From a virus (lineage: Duplodnaviria > Caudoviricetes): 54,541 bases of DNA. The notes beneath the pieces were generated by a model. The model made no database searches. It was not told where the DNA came from and was given only the letters and a program-made list of their open reading frames with translations. The position numbers were made by a program, and so were the translations under genes. The DNA lies in the IMG/VR virus record IMGVR_UViG_3300022602_000128, positions 1-54,541 of that record. One strand, 5' to 3'. How positions within the stretch are numbered: position 1 is the first letter of the stretch; each line of letters begins with the position of its first letter. Positions 16,954 to 26,652 of the stretch are shown here, piece after piece.

Positions 16954-19526
16954 TGCCAAGTAGCATCCCGCAACAACAATTCGCCGCGGCACAAAAAGCG
17001 CAAGCCCAATCACAAGGTACTGCTGGTGATGCAGTTACGTCCGGCTACGCTGTTGATCTAAGTCAAGCAGAACCTCAATTCTTAGACAATATAAGCAAGC
17101 CTCCATCAGGTGATCCTTCGTTTGACACTGGATCGGGCAGTAACGACACTTGGGACGACTCTGCCGAAAATGCACCCACAGAACAACCTGATCCAGTAGT
17201 AATTGGCGGACCCAATTATGCAAAATCTAACCTAACTCCCAATCCACTGGGTAATTATTCAAGTTACACATACAATTTAAGTTTGCACTTGTTGTCAAGA
17301 GATGATTACAATGCCATAAACACATCTCCTACTACGTTTAAGCCTACTAGAAACTTAATAAGCGAAGCCAATAGATATAACATAACACTGGATGATAGTA
17401 ATATTGGTTCTGGCACGTACCGTGATCCAAATTTTACCGATGACTTTTATTTCGATAATTTGAAAATGACTACAATTATCGGTATGAATTCTCAGACTCG
17501 CGGCTCCAATGATGTGCAAATAAGTTTTACCATAATTGAGCCCTATGGAATGACATTGATGGATAGGATATTAGACATCAATAACAATGAAATAAATGGC
17601 AAAAATTATTTAGAATCCCCCTACCTATTGGAAATAAATTTCTTGGGCGCCGATGATTCTGGCGTCATGCAGACCATATACAATCAAACCAAATGGTTGC
17701 CCATTAAACTTGTTAACTTTAAAATAAAAGCATCTGTCAAGGGCGCCGAGTATCAAATTGAAGCAGTACCCTATAATCACGTGGCACATCTTGAAACATT
17801 GCAATCAATCAAAGCAAATTTTGAAGTTACTGCCAGCAAAGTATCTGAATATTTTGACAGCACATCTGATTCTAATGCTACATCTCAAGCAGATGCCGCA
17901 GTCAAACAACAGTCCGACGACAGCAAACGCCAACCAACCAGTAACCCAACTAACAATCAACCAGCACAGACTCGACAACCCACAACCACAGAACCCACTA
18001 CAATTAAAACAAAAAGTTTTACTGCCGCATACAATGCATGGATGCAGGCCGAACAGAAGAATGGTAATGTGGGCGTCGCGGATCAAATTGAATTTGTAAT
18101 TGATCCGGCCATAGCAGATTCCAACATTGTTGAACCCAAGAAAAACTCTTCAAAGAAAGTTCCTGCCACTGATGCAAAAACTGCGGCACAATCCACAAGC
18201 CCCCAAAGCGGTGCCACTCCGGCAACTACTGCAAATTTTGCATCAACAATTCACTCGTTGAATGTGGGCACAACAATCAAGGATGTGCTCAACTTGGTAA
18301 TACCCAACAGCAAGTATGTGTTGGATCAGTTAACTGATCCATCGACTCAAGCAAAAGAAACCAACACCCAAGCAGGCGATACTACCAAACTAAAAGATTC
18401 CAGCAAGCCCTTGAATTGGTACAAGATAGTGCCCAAAGTTACTTTGCTTGATTATGATAATATACGCAATACTTGGGGCAAGAAGGTAACATTCTACGTC
18501 CAGCAGTACAAGATATATAACAACCGTGATGACCGAGCGCCAAAAGCATCGCCCCCTCCACCAACCAAGGACTATCAATACATATACACCGGTCAAAATA
18601 CTGAGGTAATAGATTTTAATATAGAATTCAATGCTTTGTATTTTACGGCAATTAACGTTGACAAAGGAAAAACCTCTGCAACTGCCGGACCACAACAAAA
18701 AAATGATGATGCCAATCTAGCCGATAAAAGAGATATTCAAAGCAGTAAGCATATTGATCCTCCAAGATTTGAGCCAGTATCACAAACACAACAAACTTCT
18801 GCTGGTGGATCTGTGGACAAAAGCGATACTGTGAATAGCCAAAGTGTAGTGCAAAGTATCTATACTAGTGCACAGGGCGATATGATCAATCTGAAAATGA
18901 ATATAATCGGAGATCCGGAATTCATTAAACAAGACGACATCTTTGTTAATCCCGGAGTGATCAATGCAGCCTCCAATTCCAGCACTCCGTCTAACTATGT
19001 GCCACAGACACAAAGTATCGTTATGGATAACGGTGAGGTTTATTGTACTGTTACTTTTAAAACTCCCCGAGATTTTAATGATGCAACGGGACAATATTTA
19101 GATACTTCGGGCAAATATAAAATTAGTGCATTTAGTGGATACTACCGTATCAACACTGTTGAGAGTGAATTCAGAGGCGGTAAGTTTGTACAAAAATTAG
19201 ACTTGATTAGGTACCCAAATCAAACGTTTGCCGGTGGTGGCGCCGGGTCTTCCGAATTTGCGGCAACTGATCCCAGAAGACTAGACAATCCCTCAATTGT
19301 CAATGCTCCATCCTCTAGTAGCAAGGTCTCGGGAACATCTGTTGATGCGCCACCAAATGCACAACTAGTAAATTCAGCCCCGCCAAAAGTGCTTGACGAC
19401 ACTGCGTCAAGACCATTGCAACTAACACCCAAATCAGTTATCGGATCAAGCGTTGCTCTCCCGACCAATACTAACTTGCAAAATATTGTTTCAAATGGAG
19501 CAGTGGTTCCGATCGGTAACAACTAA
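16953..19526 (+). CDS. Baseplate hub protein (gp27/gpD-like) with long low-complexity insertions
   Basis: FTIIEPYG, MNIIGDP and FSGYYRINTVESEFRGGKFVQKLDL motifs. Lies between gp53 and gp5. Confidence 0.65.
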   Translation: MPSSIPQQQFAAAQKAQAQSQGTAGDAVTSGYAVDLSQAEPQFLDNISKPPSGDPSFDTGSGSNDTWDDSAENAPTEQPDPVVIGGPNYAKSNLTPNPLGNYSSYTYNLSLHLLSRDDYNAINTSPTTFKPTRNLISEANRYNITLDDSNIGSGTYRDPNFTDDFYFDNLKMTTIIGMNSQTRGSNDVQISFTIIEPYGMTLMDRILDINNNEINGKNYLESPYLLEINFLGADDSGVMQTIYNQTKWLPIKLVNFKIKASVKGAEYQIEAVPYNHVAHLETLQSIKANFEVTASKVSEYFDSTSDSNATSQADAAVKQQSDDSKRQPTSNPTNNQPAQTRQPTTTEPTTIKTKSFTAAYNAWMQAEQKNGNVGVADQIEFVIDPAIADSNIVEPKKNSSKKVPATDAKTAAQSTSPQSGATPATTANFASTIHSLNVGTTIKDVLNLVIPNSKYVLDQLTDPSTQAKETNTQAGDTTKLKDSSKPLNWYKIVPKVTLLDYDNIRNTWGKKVTFYVQQYKIYNNRDDRAPKASPPPPTKDYQYIYTGQNTEVIDFNIEFNALYFTAINVDKGKTSATAGPQQKNDDANLADKRDIQSSKHIDPPRFEPVSQTQQTSAGGSVDKSDTVNSQSVVQSIYTSAQGDMINLKMNIIGDPEFIKQDDIFVNPGVINAASNSSTPSNYVPQTQSIVMDNGEVYCTVTFKTPRDFNDATGQYLDTSGKYKISAFSGYYRINTVESEFRGGKFVQKLDLIRYPNQTFAGGGAGSSEFAATDPRRLDNPSIVNAPSSSSKVSGTSVDAPPNAQLVNSAPPKVLDDTASRPLQLTPKSVIGSSVALPTNTNLQNIVSNGAVVPIGNN

Positions 19527-19540
19527 TTAAATAACAAACT

Positions 19541-22500
19541 ATGGCACAAAATAAATTAATAGGTTCAAAAGTATCAAAGTTTTACGACCGTAATGCAATT
19601 CCGGGAGTTAAATTTGACAGTGCAACGCAACTGGGTATAGTAAAAGACAATCTAGCACCTGCTAGAGATGGTCGCTTGCGTGTTTGGATTCCAGATTTTG
19701 GTGGTAATGAAAATGACTCTCAGATGTGGCGAACTGTGAGTTATGCCAGTCCCTATGCAGGTACTACCTATCAACCACAGACAAGTTTGAATAACAATTT
19801 TACCGGAGTTAATCATAGTTACGGTATGTTTATGGCGCCCCCGGATATTGGTAATTTAGTATTGTGTACATTTGTCAACGGAGACCCCGAACGAGGATTT
19901 TGGTTTGCTTGTGTGCCGGGAGTATTGAGTACTTGGATGATTCCAGGTATTGCCGCAGGCAATAAAGTAGATACATCATCAGTTAGTCCTGACCTACAAC
20001 GAAGTGTACTTCCATCAACTGCCTTCCCTCCGCAATATCTGCCTGTGGTGGAATTCAATGAGAATATCGATGGCACTGTAAACGATACTTTTTATAATAA
20101 TGCAAAACCCATACACGAATATCAAGCAAACATCTTGTTCCAGCAGGGCTTGGATCGAGACAAAGTTCGCGGGGCAATTAGTAGCACAAGTCAAAGAGAA
20201 ACGCCCAGTCATGTGTTTGGTATCAGTACTCCGGGACGTCCGTTGGGCAAAGATCCCGCAGACGATCCCAATTATGCGGCTCGTGTAAATTCCGGCGACA
20301 TAACCAACGATCAATATGCAATTCCTACTCGCAAGGGCGGGCACACTTTTGTAATGGATGATGGGGACACTACTGGTACTGATCAATTAATACGTTTGAG
20401 AACAGCCGGTGGACATCAAATATTAATGAATGATGATCAAAGCACAATGTACATCGCACACAAGGATGGCACTACGTGGCTTGAGATCGATACAACTGGC
20501 GTGAAATTATACACAGCCGGGGATTTAAGTTTTCGCACAGAGGGTAATTTAAATCTACATTCCGACAATGATATAAACATTGAAGCATTGGGTAACATAC
20601 GCATGGACAGTATGGCGGCTACTACTATAACCAGTCCCATTATTGCTATTGGTGGTATAGAAAGCACGTTGATATATGGTGCCAAAACCAATATTGGTGG
20701 TGGGCAATTAACTGTGAGCAGTGATGGTACACTAAATGTAAGTTCCGGTGGCGGTATGAGTATTACTGGTGGCGGTATAGATATTGATGGCGGTGGAGGT
20801 GGAAATAGTATTACTTGTCCGGTTATTAATAAAAATAAACTAGCAGACACTTCATTTGATTCGCAAAAAACCGGATTGTGGTATAGTGTTCCGCAAGCCG
20901 TTGATTCAGTAGTGAATATATTACCCAGTCATGAACCTTGGTTGCGTGTAGGAACACCGGCAAAAACCATCAAAGAAGTTGCAACCACTACATGTACTCC
21001 CAAAATGGGCAGTAATGTTACAGATTATACTTTGCCTCCTGCTAACGGTAATAAACTTGATAACGGTAAAATCAAAGGCGCTCCTGCACCTTGGACCACT
21101 GACACTGCATTTATCAGTGCAGTACAGGCCACGGCTGCCGCATTGAATCTAAATTACATAGACATGCTGGCCTGTATGCACCTCGAAACGGGTGGTACGA
21201 TGGATCCGGCTATCACCAACAGTTTGGGCTACACGGGCCTTATTCAGTTTGGTGGACCGGCTGCAACTGCATGTGGTACAACCACTGCCGCCCTGCGTGA
21301 AATGGATCGCCCCACACAGTGTACCTACGTAACAAAATATTTCCAAGCAAACCGATTGAATCAAAAGGCGCCCAATCCGAGACTAGTGGATATTTACTTG
21401 ACCATACTATGGCCAGCGGCAGTGGGCAAACCCGAGAACTTTGTTATTTGGGCCGGCGGTAGTGCTCAATATAATGCAAACCCCGCATTTGACAAAAGTT
21501 TACCCAACCCCACAGGTAGTGTTACTGTTCAATCAGTTGAAAATATTATTATGCAACACGAAGCCGCGGTCAAGCAAGCATTGGCCAATGCTGGTGTTGC
21601 TCAGCCAAATAATCTAACATCCTCTAATGGATCTACTGTTACCGATGGATCTGGCAACCCAGTCAAAACCGGCACTACCAGCAATAGTACTGCATCTGAT
21701 AATGACGTGGGCATTACCAATGCCGCAGGGCAACAAGTAAGCGGATCAACTTGCCCCGCAGAATTCTTATCGAAGAGTACCACATATAATCCTCCTGGAG
21801 GAATAGGTAATGCAAATCCTAGACTCACGCAACAACAAGCAAAAGCGATGTTGGCTGAATTGGGTTATTTTGAAAGCCAGTTTAATTATAGCGCAATAAT
21901 GGATGCACGAATAGGCAAGTATCAAGTTGATGCTGAATACCTAGCCGCCGCGGGATTTATCAAACCTGATGCCATTACACAATTTGGTGGAAATGTTCTT
22001 ACCAACGATGAGAGTTGGACCAACAACGAAAATATACAAAGCCAAGATGATTTCTTTACAAATCAAAATGTGCAAGATGTGACACAATATAACGAATTTG
22101 TCAGCAATTACGAACTGTTAATGGCCAACGGTGGTATACTGCCCGATGATGATATATGTACAGCCGCTGGTATGTTGTTTGTAGCACATCAATTCAGAGA
22201 TGCAGACAAAGCGACCGAATGGCGCCACAAGGGAGATTTGACTGACGCATTGGGTCAAAATGGAACCGTTTACTTTAACCAAGGCCGATACGCAATTGAT
22301 GTACTGGCTGCAGGTGGTGCTGGACCTGTGCAACAACTGGGGGTAAAAGATACGTCATCAATACCAGTTGTGGGTCCTACAGGCATTGACCCCGATAGTG
22401 TGTTTACTTTCCAATCTTCGGGATCGGGAACTCGTGCAAACTTTGATCATTTGAATAGTTCTTTTAGAAATGCTTTGCTAACAATGGCTCAAGATTTTAA

Positions 22501-22813
22501 AACCAAAGCCGGTGCAAAAATTAACATCACCAGTGCTTATCGCAGTCCTGCAGATCAAGAAGCAGTTTATCAGAAATGGTTGGCCGCAGGCGGTGGTCCA
22601 GGACACCCTACTGCTGGGGGTATTACAACTCCCGCAAAACCTGCAAGCCTGGGTGGCAAGGGTAGCCCGCATAATAACGGTGTTGCTATTGACAGTAGCC
22701 AGTGTCCGTTAATCGCACGTACAGTAAATCTAGCACAATACGGATTGAGATGGGGCGGTACATTCTCTACCCCTGATGCAGTGCACATACAAGAAGCCAA
22801 TGCAAGTCAATAA
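19541..22813 (+). CDS. gp5: Baseplate central spike gp5-like protein with C-terminal peptidoglycan hydrolase domains
   Basis: OB-fold motifs (GRLRVWIP, PPDIGNLVLCTF), beta-helix GHTFVMDD...RTAGGHQI, two lysozyme/SLT-like motifs and a peptidase M15-type C-terminus. Confidence 0.85.
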   Translation: MAQNKLIGSKVSKFYDRNAIPGVKFDSATQLGIVKDNLAPARDGRLRVWIPDFGGNENDSQMWRTVSYASPYAGTTYQPQTSLNNNFTGVNHSYGMFMAPPDIGNLVLCTFVNGDPERGFWFACVPGVLSTWMIPGIAAGNKVDTSSVSPDLQRSVLPSTAFPPQYLPVVEFNENIDGTVNDTFYNNAKPIHEYQANILFQQGLDRDKVRGAISSTSQRETPSHVFGISTPGRPLGKDPADDPNYAARVNSGDITNDQYAIPTRKGGHTFVMDDGDTTGTDQLIRLRTAGGHQILMNDDQSTMYIAHKDGTTWLEIDTTGVKLYTAGDLSFRTEGNLNLHSDNDINIEALGNIRMDSMAATTITSPIIAIGGIESTLIYGAKTNIGGGQLTVSSDGTLNVSSGGGMSITGGGIDIDGGGGGNSITCPVINKNKLADTSFDSQKTGLWYSVPQAVDSVVNILPSHEPWLRVGTPAKTIKEVATTTCTPKMGSNVTDYTLPPANGNKLDNGKIKGAPAPWTTDTAFISAVQATAAALNLNYIDMLACMHLETGGTMDPAITNSLGYTGLIQFGGPAATACGTTTAALREMDRPTQCTYVTKYFQANRLNQKAPNPRLVDIYLTILWPAAVGKPENFVIWAGGSAQYNANPAFDKSLPNPTGSVTVQSVENIIMQHEAAVKQALANAGVAQPNNLTSSNGSTVTDGSGNPVKTGTTSNSTASDNDVGITNAAGQQVSGSTCPAEFLSKSTTYNPPGGIGNANPRLTQQQAKAMLAELGYFESQFNYSAIMDARIGKYQVDAEYLAAAGFIKPDAITQFGGNVLTNDESWTNNENIQSQDDFFTNQNVQDVTQYNEFVSNYELLMANGGILPDDDICTAAGMLFVAHQFRDADKATEWRHKGDLTDALGQNGTVYFNQGRYAIDVLAAGGAGPVQQLGVKDTSSIPVVGPTGIDPDSVFTFQSSGSGTRANFDHLNSSFRNALLTMAQDFKTKAGAKINITSAYRSPADQEAVYQKWLAAGGGPGHPTAGGITTPAKPASLGGKGSPHNNGVAIDSSQCPLIARTVNLAQYGLRWGGTFSTPDAVHIQEANASQ

Positions 22814-22821
22814 ATACTAGT

Positions 22822-23208
22822 ATGGCAATATTATATCGTGGATTTAGCACTATCAACAGGAATAAAAAATTCCGTTTAACTGATCTTGACTTGGTTAAAC
22901 AGGATCTAATAAATCACTTCAGCATCCGCAAGGGTGAAAAGTTAATGCAACCAAATTTTGGTAGCATAATATGGAGCATGTTATTTGAGCCCTTGACCGA
23001 TAGTGCGAATCAGCAGATAATTGATGATGTAAAGGCCATTGTGAGTTATGATCCACGCCTAAGTCTACAAAATATCGCGATTACCGAGCAAGAATATGGC
23101 CTACAAATAGAAGTAGACTTGATATTCCTGCCTCAAAACTTGTCTACTACGCTTAGTATGCAATTTGACTCTAATTCAATGACTCTCACAGCCGGCGGCC
23201 CGTATTAA
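22822..23208 (+). CDS. gp25: Baseplate wedge protein gp25
   Basis: KQDLINHFSIRKGEKLMQPNFGSIIWSMLFEP and YDPRL. ATAAATA box at 22810-22816, 5 nt before the ATG. Confidence 0.92.
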   Translation: MAILYRGFSTINRNKKFRLTDLDLVKQDLINHFSIRKGEKLMQPNFGSIIWSMLFEPLTDSANQQIIDDVKAIVSYDPRLSLQNIAITEQEYGLQIEVDLIFLPQNLSTTLSMQFDSNSMTLTAGGPY

Positions 23209-23239
23209 TAAACTACGTAGTTTATTTTTTAAATAAATA
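23207..23239 (+). promoter_or_regulatory. Perfect 20-bp palindrome followed by a late promoter box
   Basis: AATAAACTAC-GTAGTTTATT (23207-23226), then ATAAATA (23233-23239). Confidence 0.65.
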
Positions 23240-23261
23240 TATAATAACGGGTATATATTAG

Positions 23262-26200
23262 ATGTCTATCACAACACGTCAAACGAATTTATTGGTCAAT
23301 CAGGATTGGACCACGCTCTATCAGACTTTTAAACAGGCCGACTTCCAAAGTTACGATTTTGAGACTTTACGCAAGTCCATGATCGATTATCTGCGAACAT
23401 ACTATCCTGAAGATTTTAATGACTTTACAGAAAGCAGTGAGTATGTCGCACTGATAGATTTAATTGCTTTCTTGGGGCAAAGTCTGTCATTTAGAACAGA
23501 TATGAATGCTCGTGAAAACTTTTTTGATACTGCCGAACGCCGTGACAGTATCTTAAAACTTGCACGATTGATCAGTTATAGTCCTAGTAGAAATATTGGT
23601 GCCAGCGGATACATGAAGATTGACAGTGTCAGCACCACCGAGAATTTAACAGACAGTAATGGGCTAAACCTAAGCAATTTGCTTATTTCTTGGAACGATT
23701 CATCAAATCAAGATTGGCAAGAACAATTCACAACAATCTTAAATGCGGCATTTGTAACCACTCAATCAGTGGGCAAGCCCGGCAATTCTAACGTGGTCAA
23801 TGGTATTAGTACCAACGAATACTCAATTAATCTAGTGCCCGGAGTGTTGCCTAGATATAGTTTCACTGCTCAAATTGAGGGTAACTCAATGGACTTTGAA
23901 GCAGTGAGTGCAACCACTGTTGGTGAAAGTTATATATACGAACCTGCCCCAACTCCATCGGGGTTATTTAATATTCTGCAACTAAATGATAATTTGGGCA
24001 ATGGCAGTATCAATACTGGATTCTTTGTTTACTTAAAGCAGGGCGATCTAGCATCACAAGATTTTAATCTACAACAAAGTCTACCCAATAGAGTTGTTAG
24101 CGTTTCAGTTGATAATATCAACAATAATGATGTTTGGTTATACCAATTGGATTCCAACGGTAACCCCACTATTCCTTGGACCGCAGTTCCGGCAGTTGCG
24201 GGCATCAACGTAATTTATAATCAAAGTTCTGATAGAAACCTATTCCAAGTTAACTCAAGCACCAACGATCAAATTAATTTGGTGTTTGGTGATGGCGCAT
24301 TTGCCAATATTCCCCAGGGCGTGTTTAGATTATACTATAGAACCAGCAACGGACTACAATATAAGATTACTCCTGATGAGTTACAAAGTATTTCTATACC
24401 CATTAATTACGTGAGTCGTAATAATACCGTAGAAACATTGACCATCACTGCAAGTTTGTACTATACAATATCAAATAGTCAAACAAGAGAATTGATTGAT
24501 GATATCCGCACCAAAGCACCTGCGGCCTACTATACACAAAATCGTATGATCACCGGGGAAGATTATAATCTATTCCCCTATACCAATTTCAGTAGTATTC
24601 TAAAAGTCAAGGCAGTCAATAGAACCAGTAGCGGTATTAGCCGTTACTTGGATGTATTGGATGTTACCGGAAAGTATTCTAGCACAAATATATTCTGCGA
24701 TGACGGGTGGTTGTATCAACAAGCGCCTACCTCAAGTACCACTTTTAGTTTCACTACAGCAACTGATTTATACAACGTAATTTACAACACAGTGGTTCCG
24801 TTATTGCAGGGTAATGATATATTGCATTTTTATTATGCAAATTTCCCTCGCTATACTCCCACCAACACACAATGGTATTTGCAAAGTGCTTCTAGCAATA
24901 GTAGCACAGGATACTTTACCAACAGTTCCAATACAATCTACCAAATTGGTTTGGGGGTAAGTAGCAATCTACAATACATAACAACAGGATCGTTGTTGAG
25001 ATTTAATGCTGGTGCCGGCAAGTATTTTGACGCACAAAACAACATCCAAACAGGAACTCCACAATATCCGAGTCAAAACTTGTATCTGTGGGCCAGCGTG
25101 GTAAGTGCCAACGCCGGACAACCTGTGCAGTTAAGTCAAAACTTGCCCAGCGGCGCTTTACTAGACACAATTATTCCGGTGTTTAAAAACGATCTACCAG
25201 GATCAACATTTACATCAGTGATGGTAAATCTGTTACAGAGTTATCAAAACATTGGGTTGAGTTATAATGTTCAAACACAATCTTGGCAGATTATACAACA
25301 AAAAGATTTGAATCTTGGAGCATTTAGTCTTGCCAACCAAGGTGACACCAGCGGAGAAAGCCTGGACAGTAGTTGGTTATTGGCATTTACTTATAACGGT
25401 ATCAACTACAATATAGCATACCGAGGACTACAATATGTATTCCAAAGTAACGGCGAAACACGTTTTTACTTTGATCCCGAAGTCAAAGTATATGACAGTA
25501 AGACTGGATTAACAATCACAGATCAAATTGTAGTGTTAAAAACCAACAGCCAACCAGATAGTGCTAGTCCGATCGGTGAAGACAAGACTTGGTACATCTA
25601 TGACAATGTTGTAACTGCCGATGGCTTTGTTGATAATACACAAGTCCTAGTGACTTTCCCGGACTCTAATAATGATGGAATCCCCAACGATCCTGATTTG
25701 TTTACAACTATTGTTAATCCATCAGTAAATCCTGATATGAAGTACGTGTTCTTTGAACAAGTGGCTGATGTGAACACAGACACCGGTGACTTCTTAACAA
25801 CTGCACCCATAGATAACACCACAGTGGTTTCTATATACCCAACCAAGGCGCAGATTCTAGCGAATCAAAACCTATATGTCAACGGGCAAATATTTTATGC
25901 AACCGCTGAAAATAATTTTTACGTATTGAGCATTTCTTCTACAAATGTAAGAACTTTAACATTGTCAACAAATTATGTTGCCGAGATTGGTAGACAGAAT
26001 TTGTACTTCCAATACAGACATGCAAGTCCCAATGATAGAAGAATTGATCCGAGTCCAAACAATATTATGGACTTATACATTCTAACACAACAGTACTCAA
26101 CTGATTATATTGCGTGGATACAGGATACAACAGGATCTGTTTCCGAGCCAACTCCGCCAACTAACGATCAGTTACAAAGCGAATACGGTTCCGGTAGCAA

Positions 26201-26651
26201 TGGCCTGCAAAACTTCAAAGCATTAAGCGACACTATCGTTTATAATCCTGGTGTGTACAAACCCCTGTTTGGCGCAAAAGCAGATCCAAGTCTGCAGGCA
26301 GTATTTAAAATTGTACCAAACCCCAGTGTAAACGTAAGCAACAATGATATCATTAGCCAAACTCTAGCAGCCATCAACACCTATTTTGATACTGCTAACT
26401 GGGACTTTGGTGATACCTTTTATTTTAGTGAACTAAGCACGTATCTTCACAATCAATTGGCGCCAAATGTGGCAGGTATTATTATAGTACCAAGTAGTAC
26501 CGATATCGCTTTTGGTGGATTATTGCAAATTAATTCAAATCCAAATGAAATCATAATCAGTGCAGCCACTGCGGATAATATCCAAATTATATCGGCAATC
26601 ACTGCGGCACAAATTAATCAGACATTAGCAGGTTTAGGAATAGTAATTTAA
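23262..26651 (+). CDS. gp6: Baseplate wedge protein gp6-like
   Basis: YDFETLRKSMIDYLR, ENFFDTAERRDSILKLARLISY, LVFGDG and YYTQNRMITGEDY motifs. Confidence 0.9.
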   Translation: MSITTRQTNLLVNQDWTTLYQTFKQADFQSYDFETLRKSMIDYLRTYYPEDFNDFTESSEYVALIDLIAFLGQSLSFRTDMNARENFFDTAERRDSILKLARLISYSPSRNIGASGYMKIDSVSTTENLTDSNGLNLSNLLISWNDSSNQDWQEQFTTILNAAFVTTQSVGKPGNSNVVNGISTNEYSINLVPGVLPRYSFTAQIEGNSMDFEAVSATTVGESYIYEPAPTPSGLFNILQLNDNLGNGSINTGFFVYLKQGDLASQDFNLQQSLPNRVVSVSVDNINNNDVWLYQLDSNGNPTIPWTAVPAVAGINVIYNQSSDRNLFQVNSSTNDQINLVFGDGAFANIPQGVFRLYYRTSNGLQYKITPDELQSISIPINYVSRNNTVETLTITASLYYTISNSQTRELIDDIRTKAPAAYYTQNRMITGEDYNLFPYTNFSSILKVKAVNRTSSGISRYLDVLDVTGKYSSTNIFCDDGWLYQQAPTSSTTFSFTTATDLYNVIYNTVVPLLQGNDILHFYYANFPRYTPTNTQWYLQSASSNSSTGYFTNSSNTIYQIGLGVSSNLQYITTGSLLRFNAGAGKYFDAQNNIQTGTPQYPSQNLYLWASVVSANAGQPVQLSQNLPSGALLDTIIPVFKNDLPGSTFTSVMVNLLQSYQNIGLSYNVQTQSWQIIQQKDLNLGAFSLANQGDTSGESLDSSWLLAFTYNGINYNIAYRGLQYVFQSNGETRFYFDPEVKVYDSKTGLTITDQIVVLKTNSQPDSASPIGEDKTWYIYDNVVTADGFVDNTQVLVTFPDSNNDGIPNDPDLFTTIVNPSVNPDMKYVFFEQVADVNTDTGDFLTTAPIDNTTVVSIYPTKAQILANQNLYVNGQIFYATAENNFYVLSISSTNVRTLTLSTNYVAEIGRQNLYFQYRHASPNDRRIDPSPNNIMDLYILTQQYSTDYIAWIQDTTGSVSEPTPPTNDQLQSEYGSGSNGLQNFKALSDTIVYNPGVYKPLFGAKADPSLQAVFKIVPNPSVNVSNNDIISQTLAAINTYFDTANWDFGDTFYFSELSTYLHNQLAPNVAGIIIVPSSTDIAFGGLLQINSNPNEIIISAATADNIQIISAITAAQINQTLAGLGIVI

Positions 26652-26652
26652 T

